From assembly GCA_002269645.1 (NCBI GenBank), contig NIVC01000011.1:1-64000 (forward strand): a stretch of 64,000 bases of DNA, given 5' to 3'. Both the position numbers and the translations under genes were made by a program. The DNA comes from Macrostomum lignano. Taxonomy: Eukaryota. The notes beneath the pieces are model-generated. The model searched no databases. It saw nothing but the letters and a program-made list of their open reading frames with translations, and was not told the origin of the DNA. This document shows, one piece after another, positions 1 through 13,182 of the stretch. Every line of letters starts with the position of its first letter. Position 1 is the first letter of the stretch.

Positions 1-14
1 AAATTTCAGTCAAG
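1..14 (+). CDS. 3' end of an upstream exon of the RNF213-like gene (gene starts before the window)
   Basis: CAAG|GTGAGT donor at 15. Read in phase 1 (AAT TTC AGT CAA G) it joins the exon starting at 131 in an open frame. Confidence 0.4.
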
Positions 15-130
15 GTGAGTTTTAATCTATTGTGCTATACGTTATGCGTGATATGTGTTATATCTAATGTGTAGGTAAACTGTAAATGCATTCATGTTAA
101 ATACAATGCGTATTGTGTTCAATTAAGCAG

Positions 131-338
131 TGGGCAGAATACATCGGTTCATAGTCGTGTCGCAGAATGCAGTAGTACATTTTATTGAAGACCCTCTGGG
201 TGATGCACACAATGCACCCTTATATGTCGCTTGCCTTTGAAGTTTTTAAGTAAAAGGATTGTTTCAATTTTCACTTTCGATCTTTCCACAACCGCTAAGC
301 ATATTGACCAATTAGTATCTCATAGCTTTACTCAAAAG
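131..338 (+). CDS. Probable small exon of the RNF213-like gene, with a frame break near 237
   Basis: AAGCAG acceptor at 129-130 and AAAAG|GTTACC donor at 339. Reads VGRIHRFIVVSQNAVVHFIEDPLGDAHNAPLYVACL, then LKFLSKRIVSIFTFDLSTTAKHIDQLV in the -1 frame. The phase of the junction to 618 is unresolved. Confidence 0.35.
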
Positions 339-617
339 GTTACCTCAGGTTTTTGCTACGTACATGTACAAGGTTATTGTGAAATTTTTACCAGATGAGT
401 GATATAATTTTAGCATCCCAGTGTAGTTATGATATGATAATTTATATAACCACACTAAATAAAAAGCTACGTGTAAGTGCGTTGTACATTGTACCATGTA
501 TCGATATGAATCAAATGTAGTTTCCGACCATTAAACATTAATTTTGTATACTTTTTGCGTTGGTCTCTATGAATAATACGAACTACATGTACTCCTTCAA
601 CGCATTCATAATTTTAG

Positions 618-3600
618 GCCATTCTTCAAAATACTGTTCAAAGCTCTCGAGAGTTTAGTGCTGGACGTGAAAAAGGACCAACAGTCTCCGTGTAGCATGC
701 TAAGCGAAATGCTACAATGAAGCATGTCTGGGGCTGGCTTCTCAATAAAAATTGTCCTGAAGACTTAAAATCCAGCGCCCGAGACAATTCTAAAGCTACG
801 ATCGAAGGAATTGTGGACTTGAATAACCATTCGTGACCAAAAATTTCAGTTTGAAAGAATTTCATGAACTGGAATGCGTTTTTGATCGCTTGGAAGGCGA
901 TGCATATGGCTTGCTTGATGACCTAATATGTGCTTTTGGTCGGAATGTTGATGTCAAGACAGCCGACTCAATCAAAAGAGCTAGAGGGACTGTAGATTCT
1001 TGGAATGCAAATCTAAACGAAGTGGAAATTTTGCTTCACTTCTTGTCCCAAATATCCGAGTCGAACAGTGGCCTGAACATCACGGTTATCGATGTCGAGC
1101 CCAGGAAAAGAAAGTTTGAAGAACTAAGAGACAATTGTGACGATAAACTATGTGCAATGGAAAAAGAAGCTCCTTTTACAAGGGTATTTTGTGTGAGATC
1201 AATAGAAAATATGGTGCGCGCAAAGACGCTTATACAGTCGTGTATTTTTAGAAGCACATTTCTAGAAGCCAATGCAGGCCTAAGCAGCGCAAAAGAAGCG
1301 CCACTCAAGCACATGTCTCTTAGCTGCACTGAAATTTTGGAGAAGCACTTGCCGCAGGCTGTGAAATCTTACGCAAAATTTTGGACATTGCTTTATCACC
1401 GTAATTCAAAGGTCGAGCAAATTGAAAGACACATTCAAGAGGGTGAAATTGACTTTGAATTAGAAATTCAAACTGCCGAGAAATTTTTAAGTACCAAAGT
1501 GGCCCACCATTGCGAAGCAAACTCGAGATACTTAGAAGTGTTAAAGAGAGATCTGGCTGGACAAGATGCCTTGAGACTCTGCACTTTTTTGCCCACAAAT
1601 TTCTCGAGAAAGACACCAGTACAAAACTGAATAAACGAACCGACGGCTGCGAGTTCTGCCGGACTGTGAGCAGACCGCAGAGGGACAAGGAAAGCAACGC
1701 AATGGTAATTTTTTTGCAACAGAAAGATCCCACACTTGGAGATTACATCGAACTGTTCTACAACGACCTTGCAACAATTAGAAATATCAATCCAAACATT
1801 TGGCGTATTCTGGAAAAATTGAAAGACTGCAAGGATGTTGTTCAATTTCTATATGAACAGAAAAATTCTGATCTACAGCAGCTGCTAGACAACACAGATG
1901 ACAGTGCAACTAATGACATGAGCCCGTCTGTAATAAATTCGCTTATTTCGCTACAGAACGCATTGAAACACTTTCTGCTGAATCTAACAAATCTCCCTTG
2001 TGCACGCAGTTTACTGGAGTCTTTGGAGCAGTCAATCACCTATCATAGCTCATCATCAGAAGAGCCGCGACTTGACTCGTGCGCTAAGACTCTCATCGAT
2101 CGCATTGATGAGTGTCAAAGCAACATAAATTCAATTAAAAAGCTGCACGCAAGTCTTGGATCTCGAGGAACTACGTCTAAAAAGCTTGCAAAAGAATTTG
2201 CGGAGCAGGTTGACACCGCCGAATTTGGAATTGAAATTGACGATTGTGGTAATGTGAAATGCTGGTTCGTACACTCTGACAACATGGACCTCACTCTAAC
2301 TGAATTGATCGAGCATCGGTCAAGAATACTTTTGTCGAAAAATACTCATCAAAATTCAGGTAATTCCAACCTAGAAAATGATGCTCTGCAAAGCTTTGTA
2401 ACTCTAATTGACTTGCTGGAGTCTGCCTTAGAAACTCTGCAAAGACTCGTACAATCGGGTCATCCGCTATTCGAAGAAGTCACGATCCGTAAAAAAACTA
2501 GCCAGCTAGCTGAATACGGTACTTTGCTAAACTCAACGGAAAGCTCTTGGGAGACCTTGCTTTCATCGCTGAGGGATGAACATCCAATTGCAAACTATGT
2601 TCTTGGTCCTAGCCTTGTGCAGTTGCTTCTGTATTTCTTCAGTCATCACGATATCCAGAGAGTGAAAAGCATTCTTTACTACATGAGAATTGATAAAAAT
2701 TCCATTCAATCAATCAGCTTAGGAAAGAATACGGAATACGACAGACTACGTGGCCTAGGTTCTCTAGACGACCAGAACGCATGTCTAACTGGAATGCTGA
2801 AACAAATGTTTTTAAAACTTGAGAAGATGAAAAAGATAAAACCGCGAAATTTAGAGCATCTCAGTAATTTAGGAAATAAAGATATGTGCATTCCAGCTGG
2901 GAAACTTGTGATCTACAAAATGCAACCCTCAGATAAGGATTTGCTCAATACATTTCTACATGTTTGCATTAGCAGCCAAAAAGAAGCGCCTTGGATCAGC
3001 GAAATTGTCTTCTGCTCTCAGCAAACAACTTCTGAGGAAGTTGTCCTTGCCGTCAAGAGGGCTCCCGAAATTCCAGAGAGGGCCATTTTCATTCTGGACG
3101 CGCAGAACCTAAAACAGAATGTGCTGTACGCCCTTGTTTCTGAACTCAGTGAACAGACATTTTGCAAAAACAAAGGACGCGTATCCATTTTTTGCCGCGC
3201 GGCAGATTCGCATCTTCTGTTTACTGCTTTTGGCAACTGTGTCGTTAAGCCTATAGCGCCTGCTAATGAAAAACTTAACCGATTGGTTAAAGAATGCTTC
3301 AATGACGTCTTCTTCTGCTCATCTGATCGACCATCTGTTGGAAAGTCGGAAAAAATCGTGGCGCATTTGTTTAGAAGCCAAGACCGACAAGTTCAAATCC
3401 ATGTTAGCGGATCCATCGACAAGGATGCACTGATCAAGAAACTTATCTCGATCGGGGCTATGGACAGCAGTGTAATCCACTTTGATATTGGAGTTATACA
3501 GAATCCAGAGTACTTAGAAGCTATTCTTTTTGAAATGTCCCTTTGCAACGCTATTTCTACGCCGCAATGCGTTGTTGCTTTTAGGCCGCGCAAAATTTAT

Positions 3601-6600
3601 CTGGAAATAGCGAATACTTCAAGTGACGAGCTCTTTGACGGATTTTCCATTTTCTCTCGACTTTCAGACTCCAAGTGCGCTTGGGAAAATGTGCAGAATA
3701 TTGTCGTATCCATCGAGCCAATGTCGCATATCCAAGTTGTGTGCAAGTACCTGAAGCTTGCCAACGAAAACAAAATAGATGTACTTGAAATAAGTCCGGT
3801 TGAGGTTATCACTCGACAGAAATGCGTTAAACTTCTGATTGACTTTTTCAGCAGACCTCTCGACGACGGAACAAAACCCATCGATTTCGTTTCGTTTCTA
3901 GGGCTTGAGATTTGCATTAGAATCCTCGGTGAGCAACTGAAAAGATTCACGTCAAGCCCTTACTTTAGTTTGAGAGGCATTCGTCTTATTGGAAAAACAG
4001 GAATGCGAAGCAAAATGGTAAATCTGATAATGCAATCCACGCTTCAACTGTCGCTCAAGTCTGTGTCTTCAATTAGGGCCCAGCAAACCGAGAGCCGAGA
4101 GCGCGGCAATGAACGGGAGAAATCTAGCTTAGCAGGACTGATCTGCTGGGAGCAGTTTGCATACGTATTTCCTGTCTTCATGAACCAGGACACATCAACT
4201 GTGGAGCTAATTTTCCAAAATCATTCCGATGTAAAGCCGGAAATTATGGAACTGTTTGAGAGTGCCTCGTCAAAACAGCTTGTTGAATTTAAGCACATGG
4301 CAGAGACTACTCTGCAAGAGAAGTTGGTAAGAATTGTGGCCGATTTACCGAGGGCTGGCACGCACGATACTCGTAGCATGCCTAAAAGCTATGTGTTGAC
4401 TGCGGACAACTTTTTGAAAATGATTCTAATTAATCTTCGCCTCGATGCCGATGTACCAGTGGTACTCATTGGAGAAACAGGATGCGGAAAAACCAGTCTC
4501 GTTCGCTATTTGGCTGCTGCTAAAAACTGCCAATTACGTGTGATGAACTTCCATGCTGGCATTACGGAAGCTGAAGTCAATGAGTTCATATCGAAGGCAG
4601 AAAAAGTGGCTTATAGTCTCACAAAACAGTTTGCTGAATCCTTAAACCGTGAAGGCACCGTTTTAGTGTTTTTAGATGAGGTAAACACTTGCGAGCATCT
4701 TGGATTACTCAAAGAAGTTGTCTGCCACAAGAAGCTTCAAAGTCGTCAGCTTCCCAGCAATCTGAGGTTTATTGTGGCTTGCAATCCGTACATCCTTCGA
4801 AAATGTACCGTCCAGTCGGCTGGATTTGAGATCAGAGAGCTCGACGATAAAATGGCAGGATTAGTGTATCGAGTAAACCCGCTGCCAGAATCTATGCTGG
4901 AATTAGTGTGGGACTTCGGCCGCCTGACTGAGAATGATGAGCTGGTTTATATTCGCAGAATGATAGGTGAACTATTCAGCAAAGCTTCAAAAGCTCAAAT
5001 CGACAACATAGTTGCTTCACTTTCAGAGGCACAGAAATTTATTCGGAGTCTAGATGACGTTGAGTTTACAGTCAGTTTGAGGGATATCCGGCGCTTTTGT
5101 GAATTTTTTAATTTTTTTACCAATTACTTTAGTCGAAAAGAGCTCATCGATAAAGCCAGCCAACAATCGTATGGCTCAACTCAACGCGCATGGCTTTTTG
5201 GCCTTTACATCTGCTATTACGTTAGACTCATGGATTCCACGATGCGAAAACGCTTTCTCAGCATTCTTGAGCAATATACGGAATTGACGACCAAAGAAAT
5301 GATTGAAATCTTTGAAAAGGAAGAGCTCGATTTACTCAACAGAATGACGATTCCAAGCAAGACAGCTAAGAATCTTGCTCTTCGAGAGAACGTCTTTGTT
5401 ATATTCAGCTGCATATATTGTCAGATTCCTGTTTTTCTTATCGGCAAGCCTGGTTGCTCAAAGTCACTGGCAATGAACATTGTGCGCAGCAATCTTAGAG
5501 GTGAAGATTCCGTCAATGAACTGTTCCGACAGTTCCCTCCATTGAGATTCTTTAGCTACCAGGGCTCCGAAACCAGCACTTCCGATGGCATCATCAAAGT
5601 GTTTAAAAAAGCAGAGAAAAGCAAAATGGAAGGCAAATCTAAGTTTAACCCCGTCGTGTTAATCGACGAAATTGGTTTAGCAGAAAAATCGAGATTCAAT
5701 CCGCTGAAGGTTCTGCATGGCTTACTGGAGCCGGAGTATTCTTTGAACTGTAGAAGCAAAGTATCCGTCGTCGGCGTATCAAACTGGGCTCTTGATCCAG
5801 CTAAAATGAACCGAGCTATTTATATATCACGCCCAGAAATGAATGAGGAAGAGCTATTCAGTACTGGACAGGCAATATGCTCAGAAAGCAGCAAAAAAAC
5901 TTTGAAATCCATTGACGATAAGGTCCTTAGAAAAATTGCCACCGCGTCGTATCGACACTTTAAAGACCAATCGCCAGAAAATTTTCACGGCTTGCGTGAC
6001 TATTATTATCTTCTAAAATATATCTGCGATAAAGTCCAAAATTCCAAGGCTGTTCCTGACGCCATACAAGAAGGCATATTGCGTAATTTCAATGGTCACT
6101 CGTTTTTGTTAAAATCTGTTCTGAAAGAATTCGCGGCCGTTTTCCCCGAGTGGAAATCGGTTAATAATCGATCTTCGAGTAAAACTGAGTCCAAAATGGA
6201 GCAGTTAATATCGCAAAATTTGTCGGATCCGAAAGCACGGCATTTGATGCTGGTGTGCGACGGTGAATTCTGCCTTGATCTGCTGTGCAAAATACTGCGT
6301 CGTTCAAAGAGAAACTTTAGAATAATCCATGGCAGCTTGTACGAAAGGGACCAGTTTTCCGATGAATTTTCTTGCAGAAAGCTCAACGAAGTAATGTCCT
6401 GCATGGAAGAGGGCACCACGCTGATCCTTAAAGATTTCGATTTGATTTATGGCAGCTTGTACGACATGCTCAATCAAAACTATTCCGAGTATGCTGGGCG
6501 CAAATATTGTCGAGTTGCGATGGGAATTCAGGCCAATCAGAATTGCGCCGTTCACGAGAATTTTAGATGCATTGTTCTGGTTGAGAAAGCCCGCGTGAGC

Positions 6601-9600
6601 CAGTTGGATCCACCTTTTCTGAACAGGTTTGAGAAACAGTTGCTTTGCTTTCAAGAGAAACTCAAATCTATGGATCTCATTGATGCTAAAGAAAAAATAG
6701 AAAATCTATTACAGAGCTTTTGTGTCGTAAGCACTCCATCTTTGTCATTGAAAGTCAAGCTGGTAGACACAATTCAAGGTTTTGATAAGCACCTTGTTCC
6801 TTCTTATCTGTTTGAAAGCTTACGTAATTCAAGCAGTCATCGCAGCAAAGCAGAGCGTGACATAATATACCTAATGTCCAAGCATATGTTTCCAGATGCT
6901 GTTCTTCGAGTGTCCTATACAGAACAAGGAGAAACCGCTCAGAATCAGGAGTTTCAGCAGCATTACTTTAGCCACTGCCTATTTAAAGACCTTGACGAAG
7001 CACTCAGAATGGCCATGAAAGAAGTATCTGAACCAGTAAAACGATTGTATATTTATACGCGGTTTTCGCTTTATCGATCGATTCAAAAGCTGCATGACTT
7101 TGAAAATTTTGAAGTCACTGAGCAACGACTAATTGATTTTCGCCAAGAAAGCGACCTTCTCGGCTCTCTAAAAACGTTTCTTAAAAGAGACAAAGAAGGC
7201 ATTCTTCTTATTAGAACAAAGCCTTCGCTCGATGCCCGTCATATTTTGCACGCACGATGTCTGATTGATGGTCTATGCGACGGTCACGATTTTCAAATTC
7301 GTTCTGAAAAGGTGATTGTATTTATTGTACACTTGCAGCAAGAGGACTTAGAAAGTGGCGTGTGCTCCTCGTGGAAATGGAACCCATTGATGTCCTCGTG
7401 GTCGTTGTACTGTGTGGAGGAACTAAATTCGAATGCTACATTAGACTTAAAGTCTTTAGTCGATTTAACTGATTCATCGAAGATTCTTGACCCGAATGAG
7501 ACCTTCTTGCAATTGGTTCACAGAGAAGCAGTGCCGAAGTCTCTGTCTGAAGCTTTGCGCAGTTCTGATTTGTACCAGAGAGTTTCAGATGCTCTTCGAG
7601 ATGATTCAAGTTTAAAATCCACATTGATAAGCTTTATTACTAACAAGTACATAAAACCAGCTCTTTCTGAGAAAAGTATATTCAGTCAGGAGAATTGGAT
7701 TAACAGACAGTCACTTGAAACAGTACAGCTGGCGAACTTTGCTTCCTTCTCAGACTTTGTCGTGCAAAAATTGAAGCAAAAGTACAGGTATAATCTTACT
7801 GAGATTCTAAAACTGATGGAGGAGTTCGGCCTCCTAGCTTTTATTGAGTCTCCAAGTGATATTACAATCAAAGCTTTACCGCTGGTACTCGAGAAAATCT
7901 TGTCAGATCCACACTTTGAAAGAATATCAAGAGTTCAGTGCATTCGGAAGCTGACTTATCCTATCAGTCCATTCCTGTTTGATTTCGCTTGCCAGATATT
8001 CCAAAATAAATCCGATGACAGGGAAAGTTTTCTAAAAGAATTCTCAAGTATACTCGGCAGGGTATTTACAACTGAAGCAATGTCCCCCGACAGTGATGTT
8101 TATAAAGACTTTATCTGCCTGCTCTCGTACCATTTCTGCTCTGTCGACCGAACCGACAGCCTTCTGAAGATAATGAGCAAGCAAATTGATCAGTGCAACA
8201 GTATAGACGAAGCAGTATTTACAATTTTTTCTGTTTCTCGTAAATACCAAGAAAGTTTTTCTGACCTGATTAACGTAAACCATCACGTGCAGACCATTGC
8301 AGCTGAGCAAGCGAGTGAGATAGCTCTGCAAGTTTCTTCAAGTATTCATGCTGACTTGGAATCCTCAGACGCCAGCAACGATTGCGTTTTGGAAGCTTTG
8401 AATTCCATGCTCTGTTTGTTGATACCAGAAAAAGCAACTTACTCACATTTGCAGATAACAAGCATTTCTGATTGGCTGCGTGTTACCACTAGCTGCCTCG
8501 GCACGCTCAGGTCAAGGACAAACAATGCTCTTAGCTGCGTCCCTCAACTAGAAGCGCTGTTCAGGTTCTTCAGCATGTTTGCTTGTTCAGAAAATGATAA
8601 AGCGATATGGCAGGAGATCGAAAGAAGCGAGATTGAACTTCCTGATGCAATGAATAAAAGTACGCCGGCGGAACTACTTCGTCTTTGGCGAGGTATCTCA
8701 ACTAGTGCACTGAGGAACTCTGGCGATGAGAATAAGGCATTTCTTTCAATGGAGGTGTCGTTTTACCACTCTCTTCTTTCAATGGAAAGTATTGACGAGG
8801 CCCTGTTAGAGGAAATAATTCGAAAGATTTCCAAAGGATGCCTGCCCATGTGCTTCGTTGCAATACCGTGGGAAAAGATGATCCAATCACGCAAAGATCT
8901 TCTGGAGCTGTTTGAAAATATTGTAGAATCTGCACCAAAGAAGACTATTAATGGAATTAAGTTCACCCTCCTCGAAAGCTTTCCAGACTCGCAAACAGAT
9001 GAAACCGCAAGAGATATTATTGACTTTATGGATGACATCAGTCCCAAAATTGACTGCTTAGCGAAAATGGATTTCGAAGAACTTATTGGCATGAAAGACA
9101 CGCTGAAATTGTTTCAATTGTCAGTTCAAAAATCGAGCCTACTTTTTAACGACTTCGATTGCTTTGGAGTAAACCAGGAAGAGATTTTGATACGATTGAA
9201 CAAATTGGCCAGGGCGAACTCGCGTCACCCAGTGTGGATCGCCTTTCTTCGCACCTTAAGAACGCGCTACACACTTGAGGAAGTTGAACGGATTTTGAAA
9301 TTCGACAGTGTAGTGTCAAATTTGAACTGCCTTAGAAGAGATTTGATTCTCAGTTTCGGCCAAGAAGCAGCATTTATCGCTAACTACTCTCTTCGATATC
9401 CATTCGTTGTGTGGATCGATGCAGATTTTTGCTGCAACGTGATAAATTGCCTAACCCGTGCTGTGGAAAATTCAGATAATCGAGGTGTCAGACAGCTTGT
9501 TCAAAATATTTCCGAAGAACGATCCGAAGCGCAGAGGTGTCTCAGGACGGCGGAATTCATGGGAGCTTATGTCGAACTTGTTGGGCTTTTAAGGACGAAT

Positions 9601-11532
9601 AGAAATCTTCGAAGCTCTGAGGTACAGTTAAAGAGAGCAATTGTGTACTACTTCGAAATAAATTTTCAAAGGAGTCAAATAATACAGCTACTGTGCGGAA
9701 ATCGTGACAGCTTGGTCCAATGCTTGAACTCAACTCCCCAATGCACTAGTGAAAATGTTTGCCTGATTACATTGTATCAGACATGCCTGCTTCAGCTGCT
9801 GGCTAGTAATGTCCCGTTCTGTGAAGGGAGTGTTATCGACAGAATTAACCGAATGCTACTGGAATGTGACGATGGATTCGAAAAGATATTTGACATTTGT
9901 GAGAATGAACGCAACGTGGCAATGGTACGACGTTGTTCATTGTGCAACTGCGTCTGTGTGTTTCAAAGCTGTCCCGACGATATTAGCTTGACGTATCCGT
10001 GCCAGTACTGTGACTCGGATTGGACCAGTGACCTGCGAGAGGAAATCATTGACCTGCCGAACAAATGTTTGACTCAAAATTTGCATTCGATACTCAAATT
10101 TTTGAGTTGCCTTTTTGCAACAGCCTTAATTGACTCTGAAAACCCAGGGTCCGTCAAGGCAGGAATAGCATCGTCCTTCAACTTGGAGAAGCAATTTGAC
10201 AGTTTGCGCAAATGTCTTAGTCTCTCGTGGGAAGAGACTACTTGGCTAATGCATGCCATCTTGACCGGAGAAAGTGACTCCGAGCGACCGTTTTTTAACC
10301 AATCACCGGAACTTCTATTGAAACTTGTTTCAACATACGTTATGCAAAGACGCGCTAGTGTTCAGAAGTTCAAACGGAAACGTCTGGATGAAAGAGCGAG
10401 CAAATTTGATGAGCAAAGCAAAAATTCATTTGCATATGCGCGTCTAATTGATTCTATTGATGAATCGGAATTCGGCGAGGAGACATCCACTCTACTGCCA
10501 CCGACAGGTGTAAACGAAGTAATGTTGCTATTTGATTGCGAAATTCTCTCTGCTCAGCCTGATCAGCAGCCCCACTGTCTAGGCTGGCGTCGGCTAGCCG
10601 GTTTATTGTTGGAAAATGCAACCGTCTTTGACCGAATGCTACATGCAAGTCATCTCATCCGTTATCATCAGCTGTTGATTGCTTCGCTTGACATAGTGCA
10701 CAGCGTCACAGTAAAGGAAATAATAAAAAATGTTGAGGAAAAGAGAAAACTGCTGAATGCTGCCCAAGCTGCATGGAACGTTCTCAGTTGTGATGGAAGT
10801 AATGCATTGTGTCCTTATACGATTGACCAACGAGCAAGTCTCGGCCTTTTAACAGAATCATCTGAGGCGCTGCGTCTTGTTCAAGCAGCTGTCAAAGACG
10901 TGAACCGTGTTCTAACGGCAGCCGCACTCCTTCGCCTTCGGGATGGTATCCCGGTAGAACTTGCGGTTAGCGATGGTGGCTTGCAAGTTGCTTGCATGAT
11001 GGGCGAGGCGAATGTCATTACCCGGCCAGACGACATCCCAGCGTGCTCCCAGGAGGAGCTGAACGATTTAACGCGTCTTGCTTGCCAGCGCGTGTCCCCA
11101 GCTTTCGATACCGAAACAGACTGGGACCTGCTGACTTCGTTGATATCGCGAAAACTTTTTGCAGCAGGACGAGCTCATTTCGGCCGGGCTGACCCATGGG
11201 TACCAACAATGGAGCCGTCAAGCGGGATAGAATCAGCATCATCTGGGTCTCTAGATGAAGCAACGATCGATGACCTCGTGACCAACTTTAAGGCTGTTGT
11301 AACACCAGCGCCATTGACTGAAGCCAATGTTGCCGAAGTCGAAAGAAACTGTCGCGAAGATGCCGGACACGCGTCGCGGGTGGTGGAGCTCTGCTGTACT
11401 GCCCTGCGATTTGTGCGACGTCGACTCGAGATTTCGGCAGGGGAATCAACTGAAAACCTCGGCCTTGCAGAATACCTCTCTTGTATTGGAGTCGTGGGCA
11501 CCGAAATTCTGGCAGATGTGAAGTTGAATCAG
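618..11532 (+). CDS. RNF213: Giant exon of an RNF213/mysterin-like AAA+ ATPase (ORFs 833..1630 and 1510..11553 plus upstream pieces, split by apparent -1 frame breaks)
   Basis: TTTTAG acceptor at 616-617 and CAG|GTGATT donor at 11533. Motifs match RNF213 in order: SDRPSVGKS (~3322-3348); VPVVLIGETGCGKT (Walker A 4471-4494); VFLDE (Walker B, DE at 4675-4680); IPVFLIGKPGCSKS (5443-5466); VVLIDEIGLAEKSRFNPLKVLHGLLE; GVSNWALDPAKMNRA; FHGLRDYY; YDMLNQNY; LNRFEKQ; and the post-RZ helix LRKCLSLSWEETTWLMHAIL. Confidence 0.93.
9934..10011 (+). other. Degenerate RZ-finger-like Cys cluster in the RNF213-like protein
   Basis: CSLCNCVCVFQSCPDDISLTYPCQYC lies at the RZ position, just before the conserved helix LHSILKFLSCLF...LSWEETTWLMHAIL. 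It lacks the His residues and GG of CPNGH..C...CxxC...GGxxH. Confidence 0.6.
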
Positions 11533-11696
11533 GTGATTTTTTATTTACTGTAACTTATAAGCATTTCATTAGTAATACACTTATGAGTTATAATCAATAA
11601 CACTTACTCGTATATGCCCCTATGTAATAATTCATTCATCCGATTTATAAAACTCGACTCTAGTCTGAATTTATTGGGCAAAACCTTGCTTATCAT

Positions 11697-11944
11697 CAGT
11701 GGCGGATCTAGAGTTTCATTTTGGGGGGGGGGTCCAAGTTTGGGGCGCCAACACGAGTGTAAGGGGCGCCAATCTTAAAGCTAGGGGGAGCAAAAAATGC
11801 GTGTTGGGGGCGAAAAATCAAGCTTAGGGGCGCAAAAAAGGCGTTTGGGGGCGAAAAATCAAATTTAGGTTAGGCTTTTGGGGGGTGCAATATGTTTGGT
11901 CAAGCTATTTTTGGGAGGGCGCCCCCCCCCTTAATCCGACCCTG
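11697..11944. mobile_element. hAT-type MITE (248 bp) in an RNF213-like intron
   Basis: 8-bp TSD CTTATCAT at 11689-11696 and 11945-11952. Imperfect TIRs CAGTGGCGGATCT / CAGGGTCGGATTA (rc). Confidence 0.85.
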
Positions 11945-11984
11945 CTTATCATCTAGGCTTAGAATGCGCCTAACAAAATAATCA

Positions 11985-12420
11985 GATCTTTGAGCTCTGC
12001 TCTAGAAACAATTTTTACGCTATTCTGTTCTTATCTGCTTCTGTTGGGGTCTTATTTCTCCGTTAGTTTAATTATAGAGCTAGCTTGTCCATTCACTAGT
12101 AGCTATAGGAGCTACATATAATAGATTAAGTACCAGTAGTGCCAGAAGAACCTGGTAGAATTTTCCTCTCTAATATATCGAGCACATATGTTCGAGAAAA
12201 TCCTGCACAATAGACAGTTGGTCCAACTGCATTTAGTCTCCTTGCACATTGTCTTCAGTTCTTGTTTGTGTCCACCTTACTATAGTTCGAGCCAGCATTT
12301 CTCAGCATGCAGGACTTGGGGAGTTGTTAGACCGTCTTTGAACCAGTACATCAAATGTATTGTATCGTACAAGTATAGGTCTATTGTAATATGTGTTCTA
12401 AAGGTGGCATTCTTATTTTA
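11985..12420 (-). mobile_element. Decayed dispersed repeat, probably a LINE (L1/Tx1-like) ORF2 relic; homologous to 35790-36210
   Basis: Colinear similarity to 35790-36210 (e.g. GCTTGTCCATT.ACTAGT, GAACC.TG..GAATTTT, GTGTCCA..TTACTA). The minus strand reads ARYIREENSTRFF, like the LINE RSR.xW..xGEKxTKFF motif. Confidence 0.45.
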
Positions 12421-12701
12421 ATCCCTCTTGAGAATAGTTCATTAAAAAAATCAATAACTAGGCCCAACGGGTGCGTATTCTTAATATGTATTCTGTTGAG
12501 TTTTGTTAACGTGCCCCCTATAGTTATTTCAATTTAAAGTTGTTCAGTTCTTGTACATAACTCATTCGACTGTAAAACGAGTATAACTTGTTATATTTAC
12601 ACGACGAATATAAAACATTGTTTGGAACAGCCCTAACAAGCAATTAGTTTATGAATAAATAAATCGAAGCCTTGAAAAATTGTTTTTTGTACAATTTTCA
12701 G

Positions 12702-13082
12702 ACACTGTCGCTTCTAGAGGAAGCTGAGCAGACTATTTTTGCCCAATCGCGAGTGAAAATTCGCGAGGCCCTAGTTAGCAACTCACCCAGCAGCTATAGT
12801 CCATTTGCTTCGAGCGACTCAAACGACAGTACAGCCGCGGTTAACAAAGCGCAACGTTTGCTAAACGGTCTGCCAGAAGATCAACTTCCGACTGTGCTGC
12901 GCAATCTTCGAAGTGCTTGCGTTCGTCGCCTTCTGCAAGGCGGATCGAGGCAACAAAAGCAAGGCAAGCCTCTGCATCTGCCGGCCCGTCTAAAACGGCT
13001 TGAGGCGGGTCCAACAAGTGAAGCCGGTGTGGAACTGTCAGACTTGGAGCTGTTTGAGCTGAGTGATTTGATGCATCAGCAG
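12702..13082 (+). CDS. RNF213: RNF213-like penultimate exon (C-terminal domain)
   Basis: TTTTCAG acceptor and CAGCAG|GTGAGT donor, 381 nt, phase 0-0. Spliced it reads ...VKLNQ|TLSLLEEAEQ..., resembling the RNF213 C-terminal L.H.IALW..L segment. Confidence 0.8.
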
Positions 13083-13182
13083 GTGAGTCTTGGTTTGTTT
13101 ACTGTTGATGATATCGCTTCCTGTTAAGTCTAGTTTACCCACTAATTTTCAAAAAAACGAATTAACTTATTTTTAATTTTAG

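Noticed and set aside
833-1630. 265-aa ORF as a separate gene
   Set aside because: GTG start with no promoter or terminator evidence; it overlaps the next ORF by 120 nt in the -1 frame and is better read as part of the RNF213-like exon.
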